From NCBI RefSeq assembly GCF_000143415.4, contig NW_003314261.1, positions 682,001 to 746,000 of the forward strand: DNA of 64,000 bases, written 5' to 3'. Below, in pieces: positions 9,811 to 22,096 of this stretch; positions within the stretch are counted from its first letter, which is position 1; every line of letters starts with the position of its first letter. This DNA is from Selaginella moellendorffii (Eukaryota; Plantae; Lycopodiophyta). Under the pieces are notes generated by a model that saw only the letters and a list, made by a program, of their open reading frames with translations, ran no database searches and was not told the origin of the DNA. Made by a program: the position numbers and the translations under genes.

Positions 9811-12158
9811 ATAAAAGTTTATACTCGTCCATGAAATATTTCCCTGGTTCGTGTCACTTTCCCTTCCTGCATGACCTAGCCACGTACAGTAGCTTAAATA
9901 ATTTTCACATCAAGGGAGTTCAAGGTAATATGGCTATGGAGAAGAAATGTGTAAACGACAACACCAATGTCACAACAAACAACACTTATATTAATAAGGT
10001 GACTTCTTATAATCTGTTAATAATTGTTTTCTTTAGCATGAGCTAGTTAAAGGGTTGTGCAACACTTCTTACAGAACTTGACACCATTCTCAAGTTTGCT
10101 TATAAAAGATATTCACTTATGAATTATATATTTCCTAATAGTCATTACATATGGGTGGTATTATATGTCATAATTTCGAGAATTTTCCCTATGTTTGGAG
10201 GATGTTGCATTGCTTTGGTTGTGAATTTTGTGACACTATTAAATGCTATTATTCAATTAGTGTTTGATGGTCTTCATACACTATTAAATACCACTATTTG
10301 ATGGACTTAGTGAGGCTTATGCGAGATATTCTAATAAAGTTGTTGACAAAGTGTTGAAGCTATACAACTTTTTGGGGGAGTTCATTATACATTTTGGTAT
10401 TTATATCAAGAACTTGCTAATGCATGTGGATTCTAAAATATCTAAACCACTCAAGTTGGGATTGTTTTATATGTGTATGGTCTTATTAAAACTTTTATTT
10501 GTGCACATCAACCTTCTACAGTTGATGATTGAATTGTTGTTATACACAGTTTAAAGAGAAGTTTTAGTAATCTTTTACACATATGTTAAAAAAACTAAAC
10601 TAAGAAAACTAAGAGGAAATTTGCAAAGAAGCATTTTGTTATTTTAAGTTGTAATGATATATCCTCTTTAGCTGTGAATAATAATTATATTATTTTCCCC
10701 TTAGTTGTGGATAATAAGAGGTGTTCTATAATTTCTTCTCCACTCTCTTTTACAACTTGTAGTATGGAGTTAATGGCAGATGAAATATTTATATTTATTT
10801 TCTTGAGAATATTGTTTGCATTTTTATTCTACATAATATTATAATAGATATAATCACATTTTAATTACTATATATAGTAATAAATTGTGAGGCATGTTAT
10901 GAATGCAAACAATTTATGATAATAATTTATGTTATCTACTCTTTTTTAAGTGTTTTAAATTGAATCCACAATTGATTAAGAAGTTAATCCATTTGTCGTT
11001 TGAGAAAACGTTAATGGGATATAAATAATGTTGCTATTATTGATGACTAAAATACAAAAAGTAATTGCTTGATCCTCCAACCACAAAGCCCAATCCTCTT
11101 TATTATTGTGGTGGTGGCAAGGAGAAGCAATCTTGAGTTGAGACTATCTTTTTGGTTGGTAAAGTAATTATAACTTGGGGTGCAAATTTGTATCTATCAT
11201 TAAATATTGCTCAACTGCTCATGGATGTGGCTATAATGATTGATCATATAAAAAAAAAATATAATAGTTAACCTATAAATACTAAAAATTCAAAAATAAA
11301 GCTCAATTGAGATCAATAAAATCTCACATGGCAGCAAAGTTTCTTGCATGCACAAGTAAAAGATTACTCAAGCTATTTAGTTCTTGCTGACATAGTAGTC
11401 TAAAGTTGTAAATTGTTAGTTCATTACTTTGGAACAATTGATTAATAATTTATAACATTCTAAAAATAATGATTTAGAGAGAAAAGAAAAAGGAGAGATG
11501 GTGTGCCTAATATAGTTGATCAAAATATATGAAAAGGAACACAAAAGAAAGAGTTGGCATTGCTTTCGCGGTGACAATCAATAATATTTTAACTCACTAA
11601 CTAACTAAATAAATTCTTATACTTTGTGGGGCATAAAAATGGAATTGCAAAAAATTACAATTTAAATTTTTAATACATCCACACTTCCACAAAAATGTTA
11701 ATATTTTTTTATAGATAGTGACATTGATAAATGTGAAACCTAGGGTTTATGTTATAAGCTTCACACTACATAAATAACTTAAGAAGAGTGTAATGCATAA
11801 AATTTGGCAAGCTAAATGAAATTTATGGTGTGAATTATTAAAATTCCAATATTAAATAAAAAATAAATTACTTAAACTTCAATATTAAAGAAGATTTTTT
11901 TTGCATTATTGTTTCTTGGTCTTTTCTTTTGGCTGATAATTTACATGCAGTTCCTAGTGAGTGCATTACTGAATTTATCTACTGCAAATATAATATAGAA
12001 AAAAAAATTCATATGTGGTATCAATATGTAATTTTTTTTCATACATAGCAAATATTATTTTGGTGTTATATATGAAATGTTTTAACACTTTAAAACACAT
12101 ACTTATTTTTCCACTACCTATATATGGTAATGAATATACTATTATATATTTACACGTG

Positions 12159-12164
<6 letters not shown>

Positions 12165-12220
<56 letters not shown>
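12165..12220. repeat. (TA)n microsatellite, about 28 units
   Basis: Perfect TA run in AT-rich intergenic DNA. Confidence 0.95.
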
Positions 12221-12228
<8 letters not shown>

Positions 12229-12565
12229 TTAAATTGCTTATAATATTATAATTCATACAATCAAGTTTTAATTGTAATTGAAATATGATTGTATGCATTA
12301 TAATATTTGTATTAGGAATGTCATATATGAATCAAACCCATGCAACTAAAATTGCTAATAACATGCAAATATATCTAAGATTGCCAAATGTTATATTGTA
12401 ATTGATTGGCAAAAAAATATAAAAATTGTCTCGAATATGTTAGCTAGCAATAAAATTGTGCATTCTAGCTCATCCAACACACTATATAACATCATAATTT
12501 CTATTAATCTATTGATAATTTCATTTATTGCCCATCTTCCCTAGATTAAACTTTTGATTTACTTT

Positions 12566-12845
12566 TGTAAGAAACCACAAAAAATGACTTAAGAGACAAT
12601 TCATAAGGGTTTAAATATAAAAAGAAAAAGCCCATAAACAAAAATTCACCCTATTTTCCAATCGGTAAAGGGTGTTGGGATAGTCCTTGAGTTTAAATAA
12701 TATTGAGTTAGGTGACTTCTTGAGAAATCTAAACTCAAGAGCATATATTTAGTGTCAAAAAAGATTTTAGGTCCAACTCTATTGGTTGACTTAGGGAATC
12801 ATACTACATATTGAGATTAACATCTAATGAGTTTAATTTGCCTTT
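12566..12845 (+). mobile_element. Degenerate, truncated copy of the Cassandra-type TRIM (5' LTR, decayed PBS, part of interior)
   Basis: Colinear with 3576-3865 (e.g. TTTTCCAATCGGTAAAGGGTGTTGGGATAG; GGTCCAACTCTATTGGTTGACTTAGGGAATC) with numerous G>A and C>T changes. Confidence 0.8.
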
Positions 12846-13702
12846 GGCTTAGTAGATCAATGTTAAAGTGCATGTAACCATTAAAAATATGAACACATGC
12901 TTAAATCTTGAATTTTAGCATAATTGGTAGTGGCAATAGTTAAAGCATTGAGGCTCATAGTTAACACTCTTTTTGGCATGATGTCTGGTTTATTTGATTA
13001 AGTTGATAAATAAATCATCTCTAAGAGGAAATAATTGACATGGCTATAAATATATGCTTTGAAAAAAAAATGGTGCTTAAAAGATTATTTTGTGAGTTAC
13101 ATATATGTTTAAACAATTTAAACACATGTTTTAAATTCATACCATTTAAAATTTGCAAAAAACTTCCAACTTGACTAAGCTGCCCAATGGAGGGACTTGC
13201 CCAAGTCCCCCCCTTGGGTGTCATAACCTGTGTACCTCTCATGAAATGCACATTATTGTCAATGAAAATCATTTGTTTTTCCTATATAGGTGTGATATAT
13301 AGTGCGTATTTTATTGGCTATGTGGCAACATCCTCCACGTATCTTCTTCTTTATTTTAATCTTTATTTCTGTTGTCACAGTCAAAAGCAAAGGTTAGTAA
13401 AAAAGAACCCACCCAACAACAAGAATCGGTCAGCATCACTCCCAGTTATTCTTTCGTCTGGCCGGGTCCAGGGAAAGGGAGGCGTTGTTGGGTCGGTCCC
13501 TTCATTCGTTTTCTTGCAAGCCACTGATTTCTCGCGCACAGATCTTCCTTGCTTCCAAGTTTTTCTGGATCGATCGATAGATTCAAGCAAGCTTCTCTTT
13601 TCTTCTCCCGGTGGTCATCAATCAAGCTCTGTGGGGTGCTCTGGATTCCTTTTTAAAGAGGTATGTGCGATGCCCTCCCAATTGGGTTGAGCAGTGAGCA
13701 TA

Positions 13703-13740
<38 letters not shown>

Positions 13741-13807
13741 TGTTGATTGTTTAGTATTTCTTTTTGATGATTTCGTGGTATCAAACTTTGTGGCAGATTG
13801 TACTCCC

Positions 13808-16273
13808 ATGGATCGAGGATCGGCTCTCGTCACATTCCTCCCACTTCTCCTCTCATTTGCCCTCTTTGGAGGGATTCAAGCATGCGACAACGGCCAATGT
13901 AAGGCAAGTTTTCCTCGATTTTCTCGCTACTTCCTGATCGATCGATATTGGGTGATGGTTTTTCTTTTCTTTGTCTCCACGAGCAGATTGCCGAGTCGTG
14001 CTCGCAAACTTCCGATTGTATGCCGGGACTTGCCTGCTCCAACCTGTGTACAAATGCGACTAGATGTTTAAGGACCCAGTCTTTCAATGTTCTTGGGCTG
14101 GTAAGCTTTTTCTTCTTTGTCTTTTCACGTGTTCTTCTTTGTTGATCAGTTCCATTCTCCTTTCTACAGAATAACTCAATGCCTTTCAACAAGTACTCGT
14201 GGCTGACTACACACAATTCCTTCTCGATAAAAGGATCGCCATCGCTCACGGGAACTCCCATTCTCACGTTTGACAATCAAGAAGATAGTGTCACGCAGCA
14301 GCTCCAGGTTGGTTTTTAGAGATCAAGCGCTAGTTTTGTATACCATCTTGTCTTGCTTTTGGTTTCTCTATCTCACGGATTTGATCTCTCGCCAGAACGG
14401 AGTACGGGGATTGATGCTCGACATGTACGACTTTATGAACGATATTTGGTTGTGCCATTCTTTTCAAGGCCAGTGCCAGAACTTCACTGCCTTTGTAAAG
14501 TCTCTCGCAAGCTTTTGTAGTCTTTGTTAGTCCTGGCTCTGATCGCTGTGCGTTTTTCTATGTAGCAACCAGCGATCAACACGCTCAGGGAAATCGAGAC
14601 GTTCATGTCGCAAAACCCGTCGGAAGTTATTACCATCTTCATCGAGGACTACGTGAGGAGATCAAACGCTGTCTCCACGCTGTTCGCAAACGCCGGCTTG
14701 AGGAAGTACTGGTTTCCAGTGTCTCGGATGCCCAAGGATGGCTCCGACTGGCCTAGCGTCGCCGACATGGTGTCCAACAATCAGCGCTTGGTGGTTTTCA
14801 CGTCCATCTCATCCAAGGAATCCAGCGAAGGCATTGCTTACCAGTGGCGATATGTGGTCGAGAACCAGTGTAAGCTCTCGTCTCCTTGCATGACCATCTT
14901 TCCTCGTTGCATTCTTCCTCTTTTTCTCTTCGATGTTCTTGAAAGATCCATTCCTTTTACTGTCAGATGCTTAAGTTCGAGCTTTAGTTCTTTAGAATCC
15001 TTCTTCTACTAAGTTTGAGCTGTAGGTCTTTAAATTCTGGCTCTAGTTCTTTAGAACAGTGAGCTCACTTCCTTACCTGTAGTATCTTCGTGTTCACTGT
15101 CTCATGGAAGCTGTAAAGTTTTCTAACGAGTTTCTTTCTCCTTTTCCTTGCATCACCATCTTCGGTCGTTGCATTCTTCCTCTTTTGCTCTTGTCTCGGC
15201 TCTAAGTTCTTCGTTAAAAGATCCATTCCTTCTGCTGTCCGCTTCAGTTTCAGCTCTACTTCTTTAGAATCCTTCTACTGTCTGCTTAAGTCTGAGCTCT
15301 ACCACTTTAGAACTGTGAGCTCACTTCCTTCACTGTTTTTAAGTTTTCTAACGAGTTTACCTCGGTGGTGACCACCAAACAGACGGAGATGGTGGCTTAC
15401 AGCCAGGACAATGCAGCAAGCGAGCAGAATCCACAGCTTTAGACAACAAGGGAGTCTCACTCTTCCTCGAGAATTACTTCCCCACAAATCCAGCGGACAC
15501 TCAAGCCTGCCGTGACAACTCCCGGCCTCTATCTCAAGTTATAAGTGCCTGCCACAACGCTGCTGGAAATCGATGGGCGAATTTCCTGGCTGTGGATTTC
15601 TACAAGGTATGACCGTCTATCATTGCAATGCGCTTTCTTTCTCTCTTTCACCTTTATGTTTGTGACTCTAAAGTTGCTAGAGTTTTTTAGCTGTTTCCTT
15701 CTTTTTTTCTAATCGCTGCTGTGGATTTCCTCAGAGAAGTACTGGCGGAGGATCATTCCAAGCAGTAGACGTATTAAATGGGAACATTTTGTGTGGATGT
15801 GGTGATGTTCACGAGTGCCAGGTCAGTGTTTCATATCCATTTTCTTATTTCTTGCCTTTTGGTGTGCTTTCGTTGTTGCCTCACTGTTGTTACTTTGTTG
15901 TTGGCGTTCCCTCCTAGTTTTTTAGTTCTTTCTTTTCTTGTCTCTGCGTTTTCCATCATCTTCCAGGGTCCCGACGTATTACTTATAGTTTCCATCCAGA
16001 TAGCTATGCTCTTTCTTTATCGTTGCTTTCCTTTTTTCATGATTAATCTTTGCGAGCTTTTTGCAGGCTGATCTCGCTCGAGGCGTTTGCAACACCACAA
16101 ACACTCCGCAGGTGGCCCAAAACTCGGACGATGGAAGTCCAGACTCTCAGCAGCAGCAGCCATCGCAGCCCCGCTCGTTTCCTTCCACTTCTCCGCCACG
16201 AATCGCTCCTCCCATGATTGGTCTCCTCGTCCTTTTGCTGTGCAGCTGGAGTTTTCTCCACGACCAGCACTAG
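13808..16273 (+). CDS. PI-PLC X-domain-containing secreted, probably GPI-anchored protein (At5g67130-like)
   Basis: Eight exons: 13808-13903, 13987-14100, 14170-14307, 14396-14494, 14566-14869, 15383-15606, 15735-15821, 16067-16273. Signal peptide, Cys-rich N-terminus, motifs PFNKYSWLTTHNSF, NGVRGLMLDMYDF, NRWANFLAVDFYK, and a hydrophobic C-terminal tail. Confidence 0.9.
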
Positions 16274-16641
16274 CTCCACCAAAAGTCTTTCTTGATTCAT
16301 TCATTACGCAACAACGAACGTTTTGCGCCTTCGATTTCCATTGCTTCTTTCGCATTTTAACCTCTCGTTGTCAATATTTCTAATCCTCTCCACTACGGAC
16401 GTGGTTTTCTTCGTTTTTGTTTTGTTCTTCCTCCATTTGGTTCTTATTTATGTACAAACAGAGACTTTGGATGTACAACATAGTCAAGAACATGCCATGC
16501 ATGGCCTGGGCTTCTAAGTTTCGGTTGAGATCAAGCAACAAAATCCGAAACACACCAACACAAGATCAAGAAGAGCCGTAAGCAGTGCATCTTTTTTCTT
16601 CTTCCTTTGTCCTCACTTCCGCTGCTTCCACTTCCACATCC

Positions 16642-18072
16642 TTACAGCTCCAGCACAACATCTGTTACAAGCATAAACAGAAAAAGCAAAAATAAAAGAG
16701 AGAGAGAACCAAAAAAATATCAGCGAGAGGCCGGACGAACGAGAAGAAAAAAAAAAAGAGAGAGATGCGAGAAACTTACAATCGGAATCGGTCCGGATCC
16801 AATACTCTGGCTTGGCACATGTTTGCTGGTGGACTGGGTTTGGGTCCCCTGGAACAGAACACGCAGCACATCCGGTGCTCGGAGATGGTGACAGAGCAAC
16901 CGAAGGTTTTACTCCTCCAGCTCCAACTCCTGCAAGCTCTTGCTTCTCGGCCTCCATGACCTCCACCTCGGCATCTCGCTCCTCCTCCTCCTCCTCGGTG
17001 TCTCCTTCTTCCACTTGCAAGCTCACGCAGGAGAAGAGAGACGGCGGCTTGGGTCTTCTCCTCGAGTTGCCGCTACTGCTGTGATTGCTACTGTGATGGC
17101 TATGGTGATTGTTATGGATGGCACGGGTTTCCAGGCTACTGTTCTTCTTGCTACTGTTCCGAGTGTCGCCAGTGATTTGCTGCTCGGGAAGTTTTTCTTC
17201 AGTCACAGGAGAAAGAAAAAAAAGCTTTTTTTTTCGTACCTTGTTCACGGGGCTGGAGTTTCCAAGGACGAGCTTCTTGAAGAGAGATAAGCTCTTGCTT
17301 TTCTTGCCGGGCTCGGGATGATCGTCTTGCGCAGGAGTGGTTTTGAAGCTGGGAGTGAGATGGGTGAGAGGATGGAGGAGTCGATCCAGCAGCTTAGATC
17401 TCTTGAGCAGCTTTGTTCCTCCAATGAGTGTGCTTGGATCTAGAGGAACGACTTTCTTGCTTCCATTGGCGCTTTGCTTGCGGAGAACTAGAGCTCCATT
17501 TTCTTCTTTCTCTTGGAGTTTTTCTTGCTCAACTTTGAGGCCATCTGGTTGGAATGACAGATTCGGCGTCACCTCGAAGAGCTCGATCTCTGGCTCCACG
17601 CCCGACACATCGTACAGTCCCAGCGTTCCAATCGCCAGCAATCCATACTCTTCGTGGTTGACAAAGATCTTGACGATCTCTCGCCGTTTTGACGATGGCT
17701 CGCTTGGATCCTGATCGAAGAACTGGTTGAGCTTGAGCAGCTTGGATTGCACGGCATGGACGGATTTCTTCAAGACTTGCTGCTGGTGCTGCCGCTGATT
17801 TTGCGGATTTTGGAGGCGAGGAAGAAGATCTACAAGAATTCAAACGAGAACTTTTTAGTTTTAAGTTGCCAAGGAACACAAAAAAAACTCTTCTTCTTCG
17901 ATCTATCCTATGTCGGTGTCGGGGATTTCGAGCGAAACTCACCAGCTGCATTGGAGGCTGCCTGATCCTTGTTGGGCTTCCGGCTGATCCAATCAAACAA
18001 CTAGAAATCCATCACTCCAAGCTCAGATCAGATCATCCAAGAAAGAAAAAACAACAAAAAGAATACCTTCAT
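16642..18072 (-). CDS. LAZY1/DRO1-like IGT-family gravitropism protein (about 377 aa)
   Basis: Exons 18072-18067 (MK), 18000-17943 (LFDWISRK), 17829-16780 (contains GLLAIGTLG, the IGT motif) and 16661-16642, giving the C-terminal WIRTDSDYVVLEL (CCL/region V). The two-codon first exon and short terminal exon are typical of the family. Confidence 0.9.
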
Positions 18073-18444
18073 TTCCAAGGATAACAATTCCACAAGTGCT
18101 CGATTGATTGAAGTGACTGAAGAGCTTCCTTTCAGACCAAAGATCAAAGCTTTATATCACTTTGGAGCTCTCTTTCTCTTTCTCTCCCGGAAGGACCACT
18201 TTGTTCTTCGCGTGATAGATAGTGGCCAGATTGGGCGAGAGCGAGATATTAGTTCGCGAGTCCGGCTGGACGAGCAGCAAAGGAGAGAAAGAGATGTCTG
18301 TGAGTGGAAGGAAGATGGGAGTGGGAGAGAGATGCGAGAAAGATGGAGAAGGTATGGAAAAGATGGGACTTTAGAGATGAGCGAGCGAGCAGAGCAGTGT
18401 GTGGCGGACCAGCTCAAGACAGAGACCGGTTTTCGATGCTGGGA

Positions 18445-18454
18445 CTTTTATAAA
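18445..18454 (-). promoter_or_regulatory. Candidate TATA box of the LAZY-like gene
   Basis: TTTATAAAAG on the minus strand, followed by a CT-rich leader about 370 bp upstream of the ATG. Confidence 0.4.
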
Positions 18455-20072
18455 TCCATGCTAGAAGTTACTACGCGGGTAGAAAGGAAATTCTTGGAAA
18501 AATCAAAGCTCACCATGGCTCGAGATTAACAAGATCACGCTTTCTTTTCTTCCATCTAGATCATTGCTTCCGTGGTTCTTTCGGTCGCCCAGGAAAGTTA
18601 CTCGATACTTAAGGAGGGAATTGTTAGATCCGGTCCGCCAAAAGGGAGGATTGAAAGCACGACTGAAAGATGACGAGTGACCAACTTCACGACTGACACA
18701 CGGGCTAGAACTTGTTCTTCGTCACATCTCTTTGGGCCCTTCCATTTCTCTTTCCTATTAGCTTAACTTCGAGATTTCTTGTCTTTCCTTTTTCTCAGTT
18801 TTCTCTCTACTTTCTACGATTTCGATCGATCGATCCCTCCTCGAAAAGACGAGGATTTTGTTCCAGCCTTAGTAAATGAAGACGAATCGCAAACAACGAT
18901 GAACTTGACAGTTGTTTTGAAGATCCAGCTTTGATCGATAGATCTTTTTCCTCTCTTACCTTTTTTGACGTGATTTATTCGTGAGTCCTTCTCCACTAAA
19001 AAAAACCATTCTGGTTGGTTGGTGTCTCCATTTGACGTACTGCCACAAGGAATTTGATTCATCCTGCTCCCATTTTTCGAAAGAATTCGTCGGTGCTGAA
19101 TCCAAAGCGAGGATGGCAAAGAAGAATTGACAAAAAAAAAAAAAATCTCAGGAAGATTGATCCGGTTTGAGGAGCTTTCCTTCCACGAGCATAAACTTGG
19201 GAGAATTTTGGATCTTCCACGCTTTCGTACGTACTTGGACGATCACTCTGGAACAATCGAGAGAAGCAATTAGTTTATCATGGATTCTCTTTGCCTTCAG
19301 AATTAAAAAGAGGCACCAACATGACCAGCCTTTCCACAAACTCCTTGTTTAATCTGCTCCCTCCGAACAGGTCTAAATTTTCTGGGAGATTGCTCGATCT
19401 ATAAACAAAGCCGGCGATTCTAATCTTTTCGTTTCGAAATGGAATGAAAATCCTCGTACGCCTATGTAGCCCTGTTGTTGGTTTCCTGGATTGCCTTGCT
19501 GCCGATTTCTATCTCTTTCTCAAACTGTGTCGCGCTCTCGCCAGAAAACTCTTTCTGGGATTTGCGAGGTACTGCGACCGAGTGGATGCCAACCCGGTTT
19601 CACGTGGAGGAAACACTCGTTTTTGAGTTTTCATCTCCGGCCGAGGCCAACTTGCCCGATCGAGGAGTATAACTATACCGGGAGATACCGTACCCCAACT
19701 CCATGTGCTGGATATCTCTACGGTGGTGATCCGGTTACGTCACCCTTCCTTACGTAAGTTTGCGTTGTTTCCGAGATCCAGGCTCTTCATCTAAAGCTTT
19801 CAAGCCCAGACCTTCCATCCAAGAAACTATAGTTTACTCCGAGAATGGGCTAAAGTGGTGAAAATTCGGCCAGATTCTGTAGTTTTGGTGGATGACAAAC
19901 CTACCAAGTCACAATCTCGATCCGGGCCGCAACGTGTCACCGTTCTTAATCTTTGTTCTTGCTGGACTCCTTAGCTTTTCAAACATACATTTCAAGATCC
20001 AGGAAACACTATGACTGATCCGCCAGTGTGGATGTAGATCTTCCTGGGAGAAGTAAGCTTTGCAGAGAGAAA

Positions 20073-22049
20073 TCAACGAGCCATCGTCTCAAGGCGATTC
20101 CGGATCGCCAAAGTATTGGCCAGCAAACGATACAAAGTTCCATCCAACAAGGTGGGAGAGTTCAAGAGGTTCTTGACAGCTCTAGCGCCATACTCGGACT
20201 TGCTGTGGCTCCTGCACGCTGCGAGGAAGCACGTCCACTCCAACACATCGGGAACAAACGCCATGGTCTTGATAAGTTCCAGAGCTTCGTCGAGATACCC
20301 GGCCCGCCCAAGAAGATCGACCATGCAACAGTAGTGCTGCTTGGTGGGCTTAAGGTGGTAGTCCATTTGCATCGACACGAAGCTCCTCCAGCCAACGTAG
20401 AGCTTGCCTCCATGGCTGCAAGCGATGAGAAGCTCCAGGAAGCAAACCTCGTCCGCCATGTCCAGCAGTTTCATCGTTTCCGCCATGATCAAGGCTTTCT
20501 GGGTGTGCCCGTTTCGCGAATACGCAGCTAGCATTGGTGTCCATGAGACGAGGCTCTTGTCCGGGATTTGATCAAAGAGTTCCTTCGCTTTCCAGATATG
20601 CCCGTTCCGTGTGTACAGTGCGAGCATAATGTTCCAGGTTCCAGTGTCTTGCGCGGGCATCGAATAAAAAATACACTGTGATTGCTCAAAGTGATTGTGC
20701 ATTGCGTTCACTGTGAGAATCGCATTCCAGGAAACAAGATCTCGCTCGGGCATATGATCAAAGACTTGAGTCGCTTCTTCTAGATACCCGTTGTGGGCAT
20801 ATACAGTGAGCATAGACGTCCATGTCACCAGGTTCTTTTCCGGCATTTTCAGAAACGTTTGCCGGGCGTCCTCTAGCAGGCCATTGTCCGCGTAAGCTGC
20901 CAGCATTGCTGTCCACGTTACTAGGCTATGCTGACTCATCGCGCCAAACATTGTCTTTGCCGACTGGATATGCCCGTTTCGGGCATATGCCAGGACCATT
21001 GTAGTCCAGGTCACCAGCGTCCGCTCCGGCATTTGAGAGAATATTCTCTCGCCATCTTTGAGAAACCCGTTGTCGGCGCATGCCAACAACATTGCATTCC
21101 ACGAGATCTGGTTTCTCTGAGGCATGTTTTCAAATATCAGCTTCGCAGATTCAAAATAACCAGGATTCTGGGCATAAGTTGAGAGCAATGCGTTCCACGA
21201 CACGAGGTTTTGCTCCGGCATGGCGTCAAATGTTTCTTTCGATTGATTTACATCACTGTAAACAGAATAGGCAGTGATCATGCTTGTCCACGAAACTAAG
21301 TTACGTTCCGGTAGATAATCGAACATCTCTTTCGCTTGCTGCAAATGCCCAGACGAGGCATACACAGAAATCATGGCATTGTATGAGACGAGGTTTCTCT
21401 CGGGCATTTCATCAAACATCGACTTGGTTTCATCAACAAAATCGTTCTCCGAGTAGACAGATAGCATCAAAGTCCACGTAAAAACATTCCTTTCGGGCAT
21501 CTCGTCAAAAAGATGCTTGGCCTGGATAACATACCCGTTCCTGGCATATGCTGCTACCATGGCCGTCCAGCACACCAAATCCCTTTGAGGAATCTCATCA
21601 AACAGCATCTGTGCAAGATCAAGCTTTTTATTCTCGGAATATGCGACCAACACCGCCGTCCAGCAAGGAAGATTAGCTTGGGGCATCTCATGGAGCAAAG
21701 CCTCGGCCTGAAGAATATACCCGTGTTGGGCATATCCAGTCAGCATGGCCGTCCAGGTCACCATGTCCCTCGCGGGCATCGTCTCAAACACATCCCTGGC
21801 ATCTTCCAAGCGCCCGTTCCTGGAATATGCCGTGAGCATGAGATTCCATGAGAAGGCATTCTTGGCGTCGATGGCATCGAATATTCGCCGGGCGGCATCC
21901 ACGGCGCCACACCGACCGTACATCTCGATGAGCTTGTTCTGCATGAAGAGGTCGTGAGGGAAGTGGATCCGTACGGTAGTGGCCATCTCTTGGGACTGTG
22001 GGAGCGTATGGCACGCATTGAGACGCTCCAAGCAGGCATGCCTGTCCAT
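20073..22049 (-). CDS. PLS-class PPR protein, SS-motif rich, E-type C-terminus, no DYW
   Basis: Intronless 658-aa ORF with tandem FDEMPERNLVSW motifs and C-terminal HYCCMVDLLGRAGYL...AFVPDVLEWTCFLAAC. Confidence 0.92.
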   Translation of the reverse strand: MDRHACLERLNACHTLPQSQEMATTVRIHFPHDLFMQNKLIEMYGRCGAVDAARRIFDAIDAKNAFSWNLMLTAYSRNGRLEDARDVFETMPARDMVTWTAMLTGYAQHGYILQAEALLHEMPQANLPCWTAVLVAYSENKKLDLAQMLFDEIPQRDLVCWTAMVAAYARNGYVIQAKHLFDEMPERNVFTWTLMLSVYSENDFVDETKSMFDEMPERNLVSYNAMISVYASSGHLQQAKEMFDYLPERNLVSWTSMITAYSVYSDVNQSKETFDAMPEQNLVSWNALLSTYAQNPGYFESAKLIFENMPQRNQISWNAMLLACADNGFLKDGERIFSQMPERTLVTWTTMVLAYARNGHIQSAKTMFGAMSQHSLVTWTAMLAAYADNGLLEDARQTFLKMPEKNLVTWTSMLTVYAHNGYLEEATQVFDHMPERDLVSWNAILTVNAMHNHFEQSQCIFYSMPAQDTGTWNIMLALYTRNGHIWKAKELFDQIPDKSLVSWTPMLAAYSRNGHTQKALIMAETMKLLDMADEVCFLELLIACSHGGKLYVGWRSFVSMQMDYHLKPTKQHYCCMVDLLGRAGYLDEALELIKTMAFVPDVLEWTCFLAACRSHSKSEYGARAVKNLLNSPTLLDGTLYRLLANTLAIRNRLETMAR

Positions 22050-22096
22050 ACACTGGCATTGTATTTTAGGTTTAGGGCTTTTGAGTTCTTCGTGTC

